In this document: positions 1 through 11,560 of the stretch, in pieces | Layout of the letters: the number at the start of each line of letters is the position of its first letter | How positions within the stretch are numbered: the first letter of the stretch is position 1 | Origin: Penicillus capitatus | Lineage: Eukaryota; Plantae; Chlorophyta | Length of the DNA: 64,000 nt | Assembly (NCBI GenBank): GCA_965649825.1 | Contig: OZ287703.1 | Span: 248,001-312,000 of the forward strand | Direction: 5' to 3' | Program-made: the position numbers and the translations under genes | Notes under the pieces: generated by a model | Database searches by the model: none | What the model saw: only the letters and a program-made list of their open reading frames with translations | What the model was told of the DNA's origin: nothing

Positions 1-1014
1 CGAACAAACGCCGATTCCGTTCGAAACAGACGCCTTGACGAAAATCCAAAAGTGCAGCTGTCGTATCGTCTGGCATTCGGGTTTCCAGAATTCGGAGCTC
101 GAGATCACGAAACGATGCATCAAGGGTGTCGAACACTTTGAACAGCGCTCTGGTGCCTGGCCACGGCGCAAAGGCTCGAACCTTGTTGTGCAAAGCAATC
201 GCTGGCCGTTCGAACAGGAGCAGCGATTCCGAGGCATCCATCTTAGGCGCATGGGTAACGCCAGCGGTGTTTTGCGGTGTGTAAACGGCGGTTCCGTTAA
301 AGACGGACGGCAACGATGCGATCAGCAACTCGGTCCCGATCGAAAAGAGCTCATCGAGCAGTTCAGGCGCCTGAAAAGAGGGACGTCGTGACGGAGAGAG
401 ACGATGAGATAGGTGACTTGGATATTGGCGTCGATGTCGACGGCATGTATCGCGAGAATGGGACCGGCGTCCAGTTCTCTCACTGTGCGGGCAATCGAGA
501 CGCCCGTTCGATCGACGCCATCTTCGATCGCACGGTTCACCGGCGCCGCTCCACGATACTTCGGCAGCAGACTGGGATGGATGTTGAGCGTTCCGCACGG
601 CGGTATCCGCAAAAAACGCGTCGGCAGAAGATTCCCGTACGCAGCTGTGATGCAGAGATCGGGTTTCAGTATCTCCATCTGAGCCAGAAATGCATCGTCT
701 CTTGCCGAGGCAGGTGTCAAGAGTGTGGTCTCGGGGATGTAACCGCAGTCCAACGCCAAGGCAGAGACGGGCGTCGGCGATGGAATGTTTCGGTTTTTCC
801 GCCCTACAGGTTTGTTGGGCTGACTCACGACGGCCGTGATCTCGAAAGGACACATCGGTTTTCTCGACTCCTCCAACAATCGCTCCAGTACATTGGCTGC
901 GACGGATGGCGTCCCGAGAAAGACGGCGGATTTCTTAGCGAATGCCCTGACGCCATGACGTGTACTTAAGACACGGACCCGCGGCAAAGAAAGCGCTGAG
1001 ACAATCCGCGGCAT
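1..1014 (-). CDS. FMT: Methionyl-tRNA formyltransferase, organellar (3' end runs off the window; alternative in-frame ATG at 1038)
   Basis: Motifs VFLGTP, VVSQP, TAAYG, LNIHPSLLPKYRGAAPV and LDAGPI. After a 47-nt intron (371-417) the frame continues APELLDELF...HNKVRAFAPWPG. The N-terminus is Arg/Ser-rich like a transit peptide. Confidence 0.93.
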
Positions 1015-1036
1015 TTGCGTGAAGGTCGCTATCGCC

Positions 1037-3261
1037 ATGCGACATGCGTCGCGACATCTCTTCCTGCAAGTTTGGCTCAATGGATCAGCCGCCCGTCCGC
1101 TCTTGACCGTGGATCGAACGCATTCGCTCTTTGCGTCATTCTCGAGCGGAGCCGAACCACCGGATGACGATTCGAAATCGCCGACGGTGTCCGGATCGAC
1201 GGAAACGACAAAGCCGAACCTCAAACGCAAAGTGGACGCTGCTTATCGTCCCGTTTACGGCCTCAACCAACCGCATCCGAAGATCTCATCCGAGATGGAT
1301 CAATACATCTTCAAAGACATGAAATCGTGCATCCCCCGTCCGATCGTTTCGTCATGTGGATTTCGCTTTCATCAGATGCGAAGAGATCGAAGGCGCGGTC
1401 TACGAGATTTGGGATCGAATGACGATGCGCGAGGTCGAAGCTGCCTTCTATGCCCTGAAGCGACTCAACGAATATCCCCCGACGTCTCTCCTCGAAAAAC
1501 TCTCGCAGAAGACCATTCAAGTGGCCGACGAGATCACCTGTCGTAACATCTCCTCCATCTTTCTTGCCGCCGCCCGTCTTAAGTACTGGCAAATGGATGG
1601 TATGGAGCGAGGGAAAGAAGGCCGGGCCATGTGTCTGTAGGTATTTCAATCCTGCATTGTTTAATTGTCTGGCGAGGGAGGCTATGAAGCCAGAGAAGCT
1701 ACAGGACTTTCAAGGCGTCTTCTGCGGAACGATCGTCTATGCAATGGGCGCCCTGCAACGGCATTTCACTCGATCGCGGCCTCCCGTTACGAATGACGAA
1801 TCCATTGAGCTGTACTTCCCTCTGCAACTGGACCTGCTCGAGACGATGGCGCATCGAACGTTAACAGTACGCGACGAAGCTGGGCATACCAACAAGAACA
1901 TCGGCAACTTTGTCTACGGTCTAGCCATGATGCGACACAGGTCTGTCACATCAATGATGTCCTTCTCGAAGTCTGTGTGGTGATTGGACAGGCATGAGCC
2001 TCTGCTGAATGTATTGGCAGAAGAGGCCACACGTGTGGAACGCATCGACATCTATAACGAACAGGAAGTCTCTAACATCATCTACAGCTTCGGCATTCTC
2101 AATTTCCGACACGAACGACTGCTCTCTCATTTCTGCGATATCCTGCGTCAGCCACGTCGACTGGAGGAATGGACAGAGCAGGGACTATCGAACACCATCT
2201 ACGGTTTTGCCCTACTCGATTATCGACCGCCCAAAGAAACGACGTTTGCGCTGATCTGGGAGACATGCAAAGAACATCGACTACATCGATTCTACAATCA
2301 ACATTTGATGAATGTGATCTATGGATTGGCGACACTAGGGGTCAAGAGCTATCGCGTTTTCAAGTGTCTTCTGGATGAGCTTCTGTCACGGAAGCATAAG
2401 TTCGAGTTTATGCTGACGGGTCTGTCCAGCATTGTCTACTCCTTTGCCAATGCCGGTATCTACGCAGACGGTATCAAGATTTTCCTGGAGGGTCTCACCC
2501 TGAATCGGAATCTCCCTCAGTTAACCAACTGGGCCATAACGAATCTCATTCAAGCCATGGGGAAGTTTCCAGGCGAAACGGAGCTTCTGCCGAGTTTTCG
2601 GAAACTGGTGAAGGAGGCAGCGAGTGGTGAGCGGCTCTCTGGATTTACAGAACGGCATTTTGCTATGTCTCTATTCGGCCTGAGCATGTCCGATCTCAAG
2701 AATTCGCTGGATCCTATGCATGTCTCTCAGATCGTTCAGGCGGCAACCTCTGCGGGGATGGTGCCGACCTACACCGACCAAGGACTAGCTAATGTCATCT
2801 ATGCCTTGGTGCATCTGAGTCATGTCGACCGAGAGATCCACGATCGATTGGTTCTAGAGGCTGCTAAACGTGTCCCGCATCTCCCAGGCATCACTATTGC
2901 CACGATGGTGTACTCCTGGGGTCTCGTTGCTTATCGCAATGAAGCGTTCATTCGTGCAGTGCTGGATAGACTCAAATCGCCAGGTGTCGTGGAGGGGTTC
3001 ACAGAACACATACTAGGCAATTTGCTGCTGGGACTGGTTCGATTGAAAGTCGATGATTCTGTGATCTATCGGATACTGATCGACAGAATACGACAGCCGG
3101 ATATTTGGGAGAGGTTTGTGTACGTCACATCGCCGAGCTGCATCGAAGAGCTTCTCCGGACGGAATGGATCGATGATAATTTTCGCATAGCACTGACCCT
3201 GAATCTAAAGCAAATCCTGGCGAAACCAGAAATGGCCGCAACTTACAAAATGAAAATGTAA
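1037..3261 (+). CDS. OPR/FAST-kinase-like helical repeat protein, probably organellar RNA-binding; no RAP domain seen
   Basis: ORFs join through introns 1327-1375, 1583-1640 and 1941-1991. Repeated ~38-aa units (e.g. EQEVSNIIYSFGILNFR, EQGLSNTIYGFALLDYR, DQGLANVIYALVHL). Presequence-like N-terminus. Confidence 0.8.
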
Positions 3262-3570
3262 AGAAGCTATGGACGCTGATGACTTGAACAACTTTTTTAA
3301 ACCAAAGACAACTGCGTCGCACAACGCTCTTTGGAATGTTGCGACGAAAGGTCTCGTGTCGATTGTCCATGCAGACAGAGTATGAAACGCTGATGGTCAG
3401 ATCAAGTGGTGTTTGCATAAACATCCACGTCATGTACCCCTGTGATATATTGATAGCATTTCATGGATAAGTAGTTTTGTCAACTCAACGAATACGTATG
3501 CATACCCAATGGTCGGAGCATGTGTGTGTTCTTCGGCATCAAGCGCCGACATTAGATTTGTGTCGAACCT

Positions 3571-6500
3571 CGAAATGATCGAGCTCCGGTTCGTCGACTG
3601 CCGTCGAACCGATTTTTTAGCTTGCCAATTTACATCAGTTTGAGATGTACGTGAATCTTATGATCGACCACAAGTCGAATTGTAAGCGCACTGTCCTTGT
3701 TGTAGAGTGTATCAATACCACCAAAACCGGCGAAAAGAACGATTTCTGGTTCAACTGCATACTGTGGTAAACTGATTTTGTTTTAACAGCCAGTTTTTTC
3801 GTATATGCACTATGAACGCCAACGGTGACAAATGGCAAATCGAAGAGATAGTCGAGGTTTCATCGAAAGCCAAGGACACAGTGATAAAACCTTCCCTAGA
3901 CTTTTCGAAGCTCCGCAGTTTCACAACCTTGTCGTTCAGACACACAGAAACGTAAACGACGACGAAGGCGTATCGTTTGCAAAGACTGTTGAAACGTCTG
4001 TAGTCTGGAATTACGGCCAGGTACGAACTAAAACGTCTTATCAAACGCACTAAGATCGTTCTCGGCCTCTCCCTAGTCATCTGCGCGAAGCTGGATAGCT
4101 GTCTTGTGACGCGCAGAATGTGTGCGGTACATAACCTCAAGCTGTACTCATTCTTTTTCAAAGGCCATGGAACATAAACTTGTTTTAGCAACTCGACAAC
4201 TGCAGATATATTAGCCGTTGTCACAACTTTCTAATAACGAGAGAACAAATTCCACGTGACGGAGATGTCTAAAATGACTTTACAACATAGATAGTTGAAT
4301 TCTTACAAACAGCGAAGCGATGCTTTTCAACAGTCACCCTCGTCGGAATAGAATGAGAACCCAGACGACTGGCCTTAATCGAGTTCTTCGGGTTCGATAT
4401 CGATCTGTTCGACTGCATTGATTGACTGAGTTTCGATTTGCTCGATTGTCGTCGATCGATTTCGGTCTGTCAGATATCAATTTGTTCGATTGCCAACAAT
4501 CGACGAAGTTTCGATTCGTCTGATGGCTGTGGATGAAGCTTCGAGACATTCGATCGCTATCGAACGACGAAGTCTCAATCGAGCGCATTCGGAATGAGAT
4601 CGGACAAGCTTGATGGCCATGTTATGACAGGTTTCGATAAATTGCGATTCGATCGTTTCTAATATCGCCGAATCTTAGCGACAACGATTGAATCAGCAGT
4701 CCCTGTGCTTTGTCTCAGTTCTTGTCGCGTCGATCGCAGAGATTTCTACGAAGAATGCTCTATCATCATCACTATCGGCAGGCGATCCGCGCACAGAGTC
4801 GGATATAAATCCACTTCAAAGCAGAAATCCATGCAACGTTCTCTTTTTTACCATTGGTATACATATGGTATCCCTACGCCTGACATATGTGCACATTCGT
4901 CTGCCTCAGCCGCCTTCTGCCATGTACCGTTTTTGGTCTCTGTCGATTCGAGCGATGGTTTGAGAACAATGCCGCCCCGCTGGACGGAACGACACGTACA
5001 TCTGGTAGATCAGACAGTGTCCATCATTGCTCCGCACTCTGAAAAGGAGGAGAACGTCGAGGTGCTTTTGAAGAGAGATAAGCTCATGCATTACCTGGAT
5101 ACTGTCAAGTACTCTGTGGAGGATCCGAAATCGCTGACGGAAACGTCTGGGTTGCTCTTGGCCAGTGTACTGCGTCTTTCTCCTGTAGAGGATGGATGCG
5201 GAGTAGTTGGATTCGGTCAGTACTTATCTGAGGAGCGCATTCCCGCGGAAGCGTAGACGGACTGATGTTCGTTTTGCGACATCGAGTGCATCTCGTCTCC
5301 AATGTCCCTGACAGCGACGTCCACGTCTGACTCCGCGTCATCATCATCCGCTTCGACCAGGCTGTCAGCGTCTTTCGTCCACTCGTGCAGTAGAAACAGC
5401 AGCACGAACGAAAGCGTCACTTTGGAGACGTCACTGAAGAAAGATGTTGCTCTACGGTCTGCTGCTTGCTCTGCTGACATGGGTGGCGACGCGTGTCCTC
5501 TGGCGACGTCTGCGATACGACCTCCACAAGATACCCACGCCACGCGGACTTCCTCTTTTGGGTCAGACGCTGCAAGTGATTAACACGATCCGAGGTAACG
5601 ACGAAGAGAGTTTTCTGCGTGCCCGCTGGATGCGCGAACTTGGATTTCCCAAGATCATGAGGGTGAGCGATTCGTTTCGAGAGATGGTTGATGGTTGAGT
5701 CAATGTATGGCAGGTGACCGTCTTCGGCTTGCCGCTTTTGTCGATAACCGACATGCGCTGCGCGAAATCCGTCGTGCTCTCTCGGACTGCACCGTTTGAT
5801 CGCACTACGCTCGTCCAAAGTACATTAAAAATCGTGAGCTCTCGTTTTTGCATTTGACGCGCCTAGAAGGTTCTTCTATAGCTCGTAGGCCTAGATTCTA
5901 AAGCGCTATTTCTATTTGGGTCGCCCTCTGTGTCACCTTATGTCAACGCCATACGCAAAGAGTATGCATCCGCCATGCAAACCAGCAACCTCAAGAAGAC
6001 GTGGCCTTCGTTACTGAAACTCCTGAACCAGCTGGTCATCATAATCGACGAACGCAGGATCGATGGACCCATAGATGTCCAGAGCCTTTTTGTTCAGCTC
6101 GCTCTGGACGTCATTGGTATCGTGGCCTTCGAAATGACGCTGGGAGGATTGGATGGCACTTGCAGCATACCAGAATTGTTGATCGAGGTCGGGCATATCC
6201 AGAAAGAACGACTACTCGATCCCATAGCAACAACATGTTACAAACTCTTCCCTCGCTTGGAAGGAGCGAGGAAGAGGCAGAGAGCGATCGACCGTCTGAG
6301 ACATGAGTACGAAAAGATCACTAAAGAGATGCTCAAGAGGGAAGCGCCCACAGACGGTTCTCGCCCACTCTGGTTCGGACTGCGAAGTTTTCAGCATCCA
6401 GAGACAAAAGAGCCTCTGTCTTACGAGAGTCTAAAAACCGAGCTTGGGGGCGTCATTCTCGCAGGGGCAGACACGACGGCACATCAGATCGCTTGGATCT

Positions 6501-7379
6501 TGGCGGCATTGGCCGAGCATCCCCGTGTCGTCGACAAGATCTTGGAGGAGCTCAGGGAACGAGGCCTCTACGGAGACGGATCAAGGGAGGTCGTGTTTGA
6601 AGATCTGGGAGAATTGGCCTACCTGACAGCCGTCATCAAGGAAGGCATGCGCTTTGTTGCCATAGTCACGAGGACCGTACCTCGTGTGGTTCCGCACGAC
6701 ATGACGCTGATGGGGTATCGAGTCCCGAAGGGCACTCTTGTGGTCATTCCGGGTAATCGTTGGATTGGAACGGAGAAGGAGTGGGGCGATCCCGAAGTCT
6801 TCCGACCGGAGCGCTGGTTGACCGGTGAAGACATGTCTCATGTGCACTACCTTGGATTCTCTTACGGCCCGAGGGACTGTGCCGGGCAGAAACTGGCCAT
6901 GATGGAGATGCGCTTGGTCCTCATCAAGCTGCTCGCCCAGTTCCGTTTCGAAACCGCCATACCATTCGATGAACTGATGCTTCACGGGAAGAACGGTTTG
7001 GCCATTGAATCGGCGATAGGGATCCCGCTCAAAGTGAGTCCGAGAACGGCGAGTTGAAACGTCATTGTTTTTGGCCGAAAGGCACGTCTTTTATTTTTGC
7101 ATTATTTGTTGCCATCAACGATTCTGTCGTTTGGCAATGTCATGGGCAATGCATGCCTGAAAGCACGTGCTGTGCGAACTCTCTTTAAACCATCGCAGTG
7201 AGAACCAGAACATCGTCCTCGCATATCGCAGGAATGGTCAACGATCGAACTAGTCGATCGCAATCGAAGACAGCTCGCGGAGATTTGGCGGCCGATAAGG
7301 GTCGAACGTGGTGAAACCTAGGCATCCGTGTACATCGTGGGCAGTGAAAATTGCTGATCGACGATATTAGCAACAGCCA
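3571..7379. repeat. Left arm of ~3.8 kb inverted segmental duplication (partner 32075-35874)
   Basis: Reverse-complement matches at both ends (TTCGTCGACTGCCGTCGAACCGATTTTTTAG near 3590 vs 35825-35855; the 7340-7379 segment vs 32075-32114). Paired ORFs throughout (3751-4224/35221-35733, 4334-4588/34857-35111, and the P450s). The outer boundary decays gradually. Confidence 0.95.
5444..7057 (+). CDS. Cytochrome P450, ER-anchored (copy A)
   Basis: N-terminal TM helix plus Pro-rich hinge (KIPTPRGLPLLG), I-helix AGADTT, K-helix EGMR, PERW and heme motif FSYGPRDCAG. Introns 5663-5713 and 5834-5881. Confidence 0.95.
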
Positions 7380-8548
7380 GATCTTCAGCGACTTGCTTGT
7401 CTAATGTATCGGATCCCAACTCGTGCGGGGATAGTTCTCGTTCGAAGGCTGCCGGTTTCCGATTGCATTGTCACTCTGTTTTCTCTCTGTTTCAGTCTAA
7501 CACCTTTACCTCTCAGTCATCGTGACAAAGCGATCGTCGTTCTTCGTGGATTTCGAAAGAGATGGACATTACCTGATCGAGACAATCACGTTCGGCAACA
7601 ATCTAGTGCTGTATCTCTCCGATGTCAACGACTCCCATCCACCACGGCAGAGTTGCGACCATAAAACATAGCGAATCGAGCGAAAGTCAGAGAACCGATT
7701 AAATTGTCGTAACATAACAAATGTGATGACAAGACTCGATAAGACGTTCGGAAACTTCCGCTTCTCTTTCGAACGACTGTCTGAGAAAGGGTTCTCATGA
7801 AGAGACACTTTCTTCAGAAATTCTGCGTTCCGAAGAACGCAGCGCGGCTTTGGATATGGTATTGATCGTGAGTCGTACCTCAGCTTAGCTTCATTGGTTG
7901 CGAAACTGCCCCAAGCGAAAGGATGACGTTACCAGATAGACTATATAGGCTAATGATGAAACTTCCGCTTCTGTTTTGTCGGGTTGGGAGTGTGGCGCAG
8001 AGCGCCTTCAAAAATTGTGAATACAGCTTTGTTAGCGACGAAGCTCGGTATTCGTTAGTACTGATATGCTTTGGAATTATTTACGCGTAGTCGTGGTCCT
8101 TTCTCGCAAATACTGAACACTTTTTAAAACAGCTGGTGTTTGTTTTCAAGAACCCCCTTTTATAATCTAACATGACGTTATGATTCTCGTCATGTTGTCG
8201 TCATGCTCATCGTCATGTTGTTGCTTCCTTGGTCGTTCGTTCTTCGGCCTGACAGTACTGTGGCGCAAAGCGCCTTTGAAAAAGGTTAATACGGCTTCCA
8301 TTTCCATCTAGCTCGACGCAGGCGGCCGTTCACCGTGCGGAGCTCCGCTCGATAACTGCCGATGCTACATGCATACACACACAGAGGATAGGGTAATGTG
8401 CGTACTTTGACTCCGGCAGTAGGTCGACAGTTCCTCTGGTAAACCTCAGAATCCTTCTTCGAGAAGAACAACGGAAAGAAAGGAATTACAGACGCTTCGA
8501 AACACGCGTTAAATAGTTCTGTGTTGTAGTAGATGCGTCTGATCCGAA

Positions 8549-8788
8549 GACGGATGGCGCCGCGGATGGCTCGAGATCCGACGGATGGCGCCGCGGATGG
8601 CTCGAGATCCGACGGATGGCGCCGCGGATGGCTCGAGATCCGACGGATGGCGCCGCGGATGGCTCGAGATCCGACGGATGGCGCCGCGGATGGCTCGAGA
8701 TCCGACGGATGGCGCCGCGGATGGCTCGAGATCCGACGGATGGCGCCGCGGATGGCTCGAGATCCGACGGATGGCGCCGCGGATGGCT
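8549..8788. repeat. Perfect tandem minisatellite, 31-bp unit GACGGATGGCGCCGCGGATGGCTCGAGATCC x7 plus a 23-bp partial
   Basis: Read directly from the sequence. No differences seen between units and no spacers. Confidence 0.97.
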
Positions 8789-9484
8789 GTCATATCAGGA
8801 AGCGGACAGCCTGTCCGGTCCGCGGGGCCGTAACCGTTGTCGTCTACCCGTCAATACCACATGCATGGCCGTTTCCAAGCGACTCTCTCCTTCAAGCAAC
8901 TAATCGACCACGCTGTCTTTCGTGCCTCTGCCTATTCTCTAACTTTCTGCACGATCTGATCCGGGTCCGTTAGCGACCGGTTCTCCCCAAGCCTTATCAA
9001 GAATACACGCTTTCTCCTAGATGTAGCTTCACGAGTGAAGAGATTTAGAGTGAAAGGATCTTTAGAGGACCCGCCCATGTCTGGCGAGGCCTTCGAACAC
9101 GACGATAGAGTGAGAACACTATTGTTCGTGTCACGGCCGAACAAAGACTTCGCATAGGAATAGATCGAGTCTTAACGGACTGCATCGTGTCTTCTATCTC
9201 ACCTTATTACGAGGCTTACACCTCACTGATAAGTTCAAAGCGCACGCGCATCACCTTCTATGGCACACCACATGTACAATATGCAGCACTCGGGACAACG
9301 ATCGGAGAACTGTGCGCTCTCTTCAGGCACATGAAGATAACTATCCTAGAGTGCACAAGTCATTCGATATGTTCGATTGCATCTGGCGTTCTCGATTGTT
9401 TGATCACTCAACAGGTTTCAATTACTCGCCACTGAGTTATTTACAGCATCGATTCGCACTGATAGCGCGACTGCGTTTTGCGCC

Positions 9485-10753
9485 ATGAGTCGACCACGAT
9501 CGTCGACAGCTGAGTTAGCTGTCTTGATCGACGGTTTCTATGATGACTTTGAATCGCATCCGGCCGAAGTGGACAGCCCTTCTCCGACGGCAGATGTTAA
9601 CGAATCGGCGGCGGACATGCACGCGACAGACGAGGCCTTGCCGCCAACACTGGATTCCGCTAGACAAGTGAACGAACTCATTCTGATTCGCGTCCCGACA
9701 CTGGAAAAAATGTTCTCAACAGATGAATCACGACCTCACAGAGACACATGAGAACCTTTGCCGTCGAGCAAAGATCGTTTTGCAGCAGCGTGCACAAGGA
9801 CGACAGCGACCGGTTTTCGATGCGTCCAAGCTAAACGAAGCAGAAGCACGTTTTAGAGCTTGCCTAAAGCTCCACCCACAGATCCAACAGGAAAAAGCAG
9901 ACAACGCAAACCGTTATCGCGAAAGAATCTGCGATCTTCAGAAAGCCTCTCCTCACATGCGGTGCTGTATCAAATGGTTATGACGTCTGTTGTAGTTGCG
10001 ACGTCAAGGAAGAACAGGTGTCAAAAATCCGAAAGACGTTCACACAGTTTTGCGTTGATATCGCACACAAGCACTTTGAGGACGATCGACCGGCGATGAA
10101 AGTACATACATAGTGTGGCAGTAAAGACGTGTTCGATCCGTGACCGGCCTCGGCAGACTGTGCAGACTTTGTTAGAAGAGGAGAAGACGGTTGCACAAGA
10201 GATGGAGGAGAAGAGACTGGAGAGCATCGCGATGGAGAGTCAGAGACGTCTTCTTGAGAAGAGGATGAATGACCGCGATTGCCTGGGCGATGGACTGCAT
10301 TTGATGGACTTTGAGCAACTGAAGATCGAAAACCAGACCCTTCACGAAAAGATCGATGAGCGTCATCATGAGCTCATGCAGTTGAAGAAGAAAACAGGCA
10401 CTGCTGTTCAGGTTTCTTGATCGTATGCGCGGATGAGCCACACGTGGATGGCCTCTTAATAGGTTTTGACACATGTTTGTGAGAAACGTCACTTCGTGGC
10501 CGCCGAGATCGACGCAAAGAAATCGCTATTGAATGATGATGATGAAATCATGTCTGAGCAGAAGTCGCGACTACAACAACGAAAGCTTTGTTGCACCTTG
10601 ATGCAGCGTCAAAAAACATATCTCGACCGCCATTGCTCAAAAGTGGTGGACAAAGCGCTTCTCGACGATATCCAGAGGCTTAAAACAATCAAAGTCGCAT
10701 TGCTAAAGCAGTTGGCCCATTTGCGGGACCAATTCACTTCTGTTCATGTATGA
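9485..10753 (+). CDS. CCDC96/CFAP184-like (DUF4201) ciliary coiled-coil protein
   Basis: Diagnostic GLHLMDFEQLKIENQTLHEKIDER...KKKTGTAVQ-VLTHV. Five exons can be joined through short GT-AG introns. Confidence 0.85.
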
Positions 10754-11560
10754 AATGCTGAACACATTTCTTTGATCCGCCACGCTTTCCAAATTTGTTT
10801 GTTTCTTGCTTTTTTAACTATCTAACATCTTTTCTAAGGACAGCAACAAATGAACGGTATTGACAGCTCAGATCCCTTTCCCGGTTTATCATTTGAGAAA
10901 AGTTCCGATCATTGTTAATTGTTGTTCGTCATACACAGCACATCCAGCAACGATGTCGAAGCTGCGACATCATTGCCAGACGCGTATGGAGTTAGTTGGT
11001 TGGGTGTTTAGCACAAAGCATTCTTGATCGACGAAATGTGAAAGAATGCTCAGGCCTGAGATATCGTGGAGTTATTAGGCAAGCTTAATCGAGGGCAAGC
11101 ATAATAAAACAGCATGAATAAGAATACGAAATCTCATCACGCCCTGGCAGAATATAAGGCAGAGGGCTTTGTTTCGATCAGAAATTGATACAAAGACAAA
11201 AATGACAAGAGCTTCCTTCATCAGTCATTGTGTGCAAGAGGTCTTGAGGACGGTGTTTAGAGCTAGGCTTGGTATGTCATCTAAACTCTCGTCTATATCA
11301 ATCCGCTCGCACAGAGTGACAATCAAACTACGAGAGACTGGAGCTCTCGCCCCGTCGTGGCAGCTATCTATCATCAGAGATGCCGAGACGGACAATCGCA
11401 AGGGGAAAATTCATCAATTCGAGGAAAGTAATGATAAGGAGTGTGACGGATACCAAAGAACAGAAATAAGGACTCAATCAATCACCGTGGAGATCTCTCT
11501 TTATTGTAGCTTGTTGTGCACACACATTTATTTTCTCTTAAGAAAAAGTTGTCTTCATCC

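Noticed and set aside
3751-4224. 157/170-aa ORF kept open in both arms (partner 35221-35733)
   Set aside because: It starts at a non-ATG codon, has no recognisable domain, and the arms are too similar here for shared openness to indicate selection.
5217-5262. TAG in the left arm aligned with CAG in the right arm, hinting at TAG=Gln code reassignment
   Set aside because: Confident genes end in TAA or TAG (hydrolase, TBC, RH3-like, ZIP copy 2, MCM7) and conserved exons contain no in-frame TAA/TAG. The standard code applies.
7985-8020. tRNA A-box-like GTGGCGCAG
   Set aside because: No downstream T-loop/B-box (GTTCGA) or cloverleaf could be built.
8549-8788. CRISPR-like array (repeat length in the CRISPR range)
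   Set aside because: Units are directly adjacent with no spacers, there are no cas genes, and the context is eukaryotic.
8509-8973. ORFs with 31-aa repeats (MAPRMARDPTDGAADGSRSDGW...) on both strands
   Set aside because: They are a by-product of a stop-free 31-bp tandem unit cycling through frames. There is no supporting gene structure.
10760-11560. AT-richer interval with a 217-aa plus-strand ORF (11169-11822), possible transposon or viral relic
   Set aside because: No transposase, RT or integrase motifs and no terminal repeats. The ORF's 3' half is antisense to the 11561-12319 gene.
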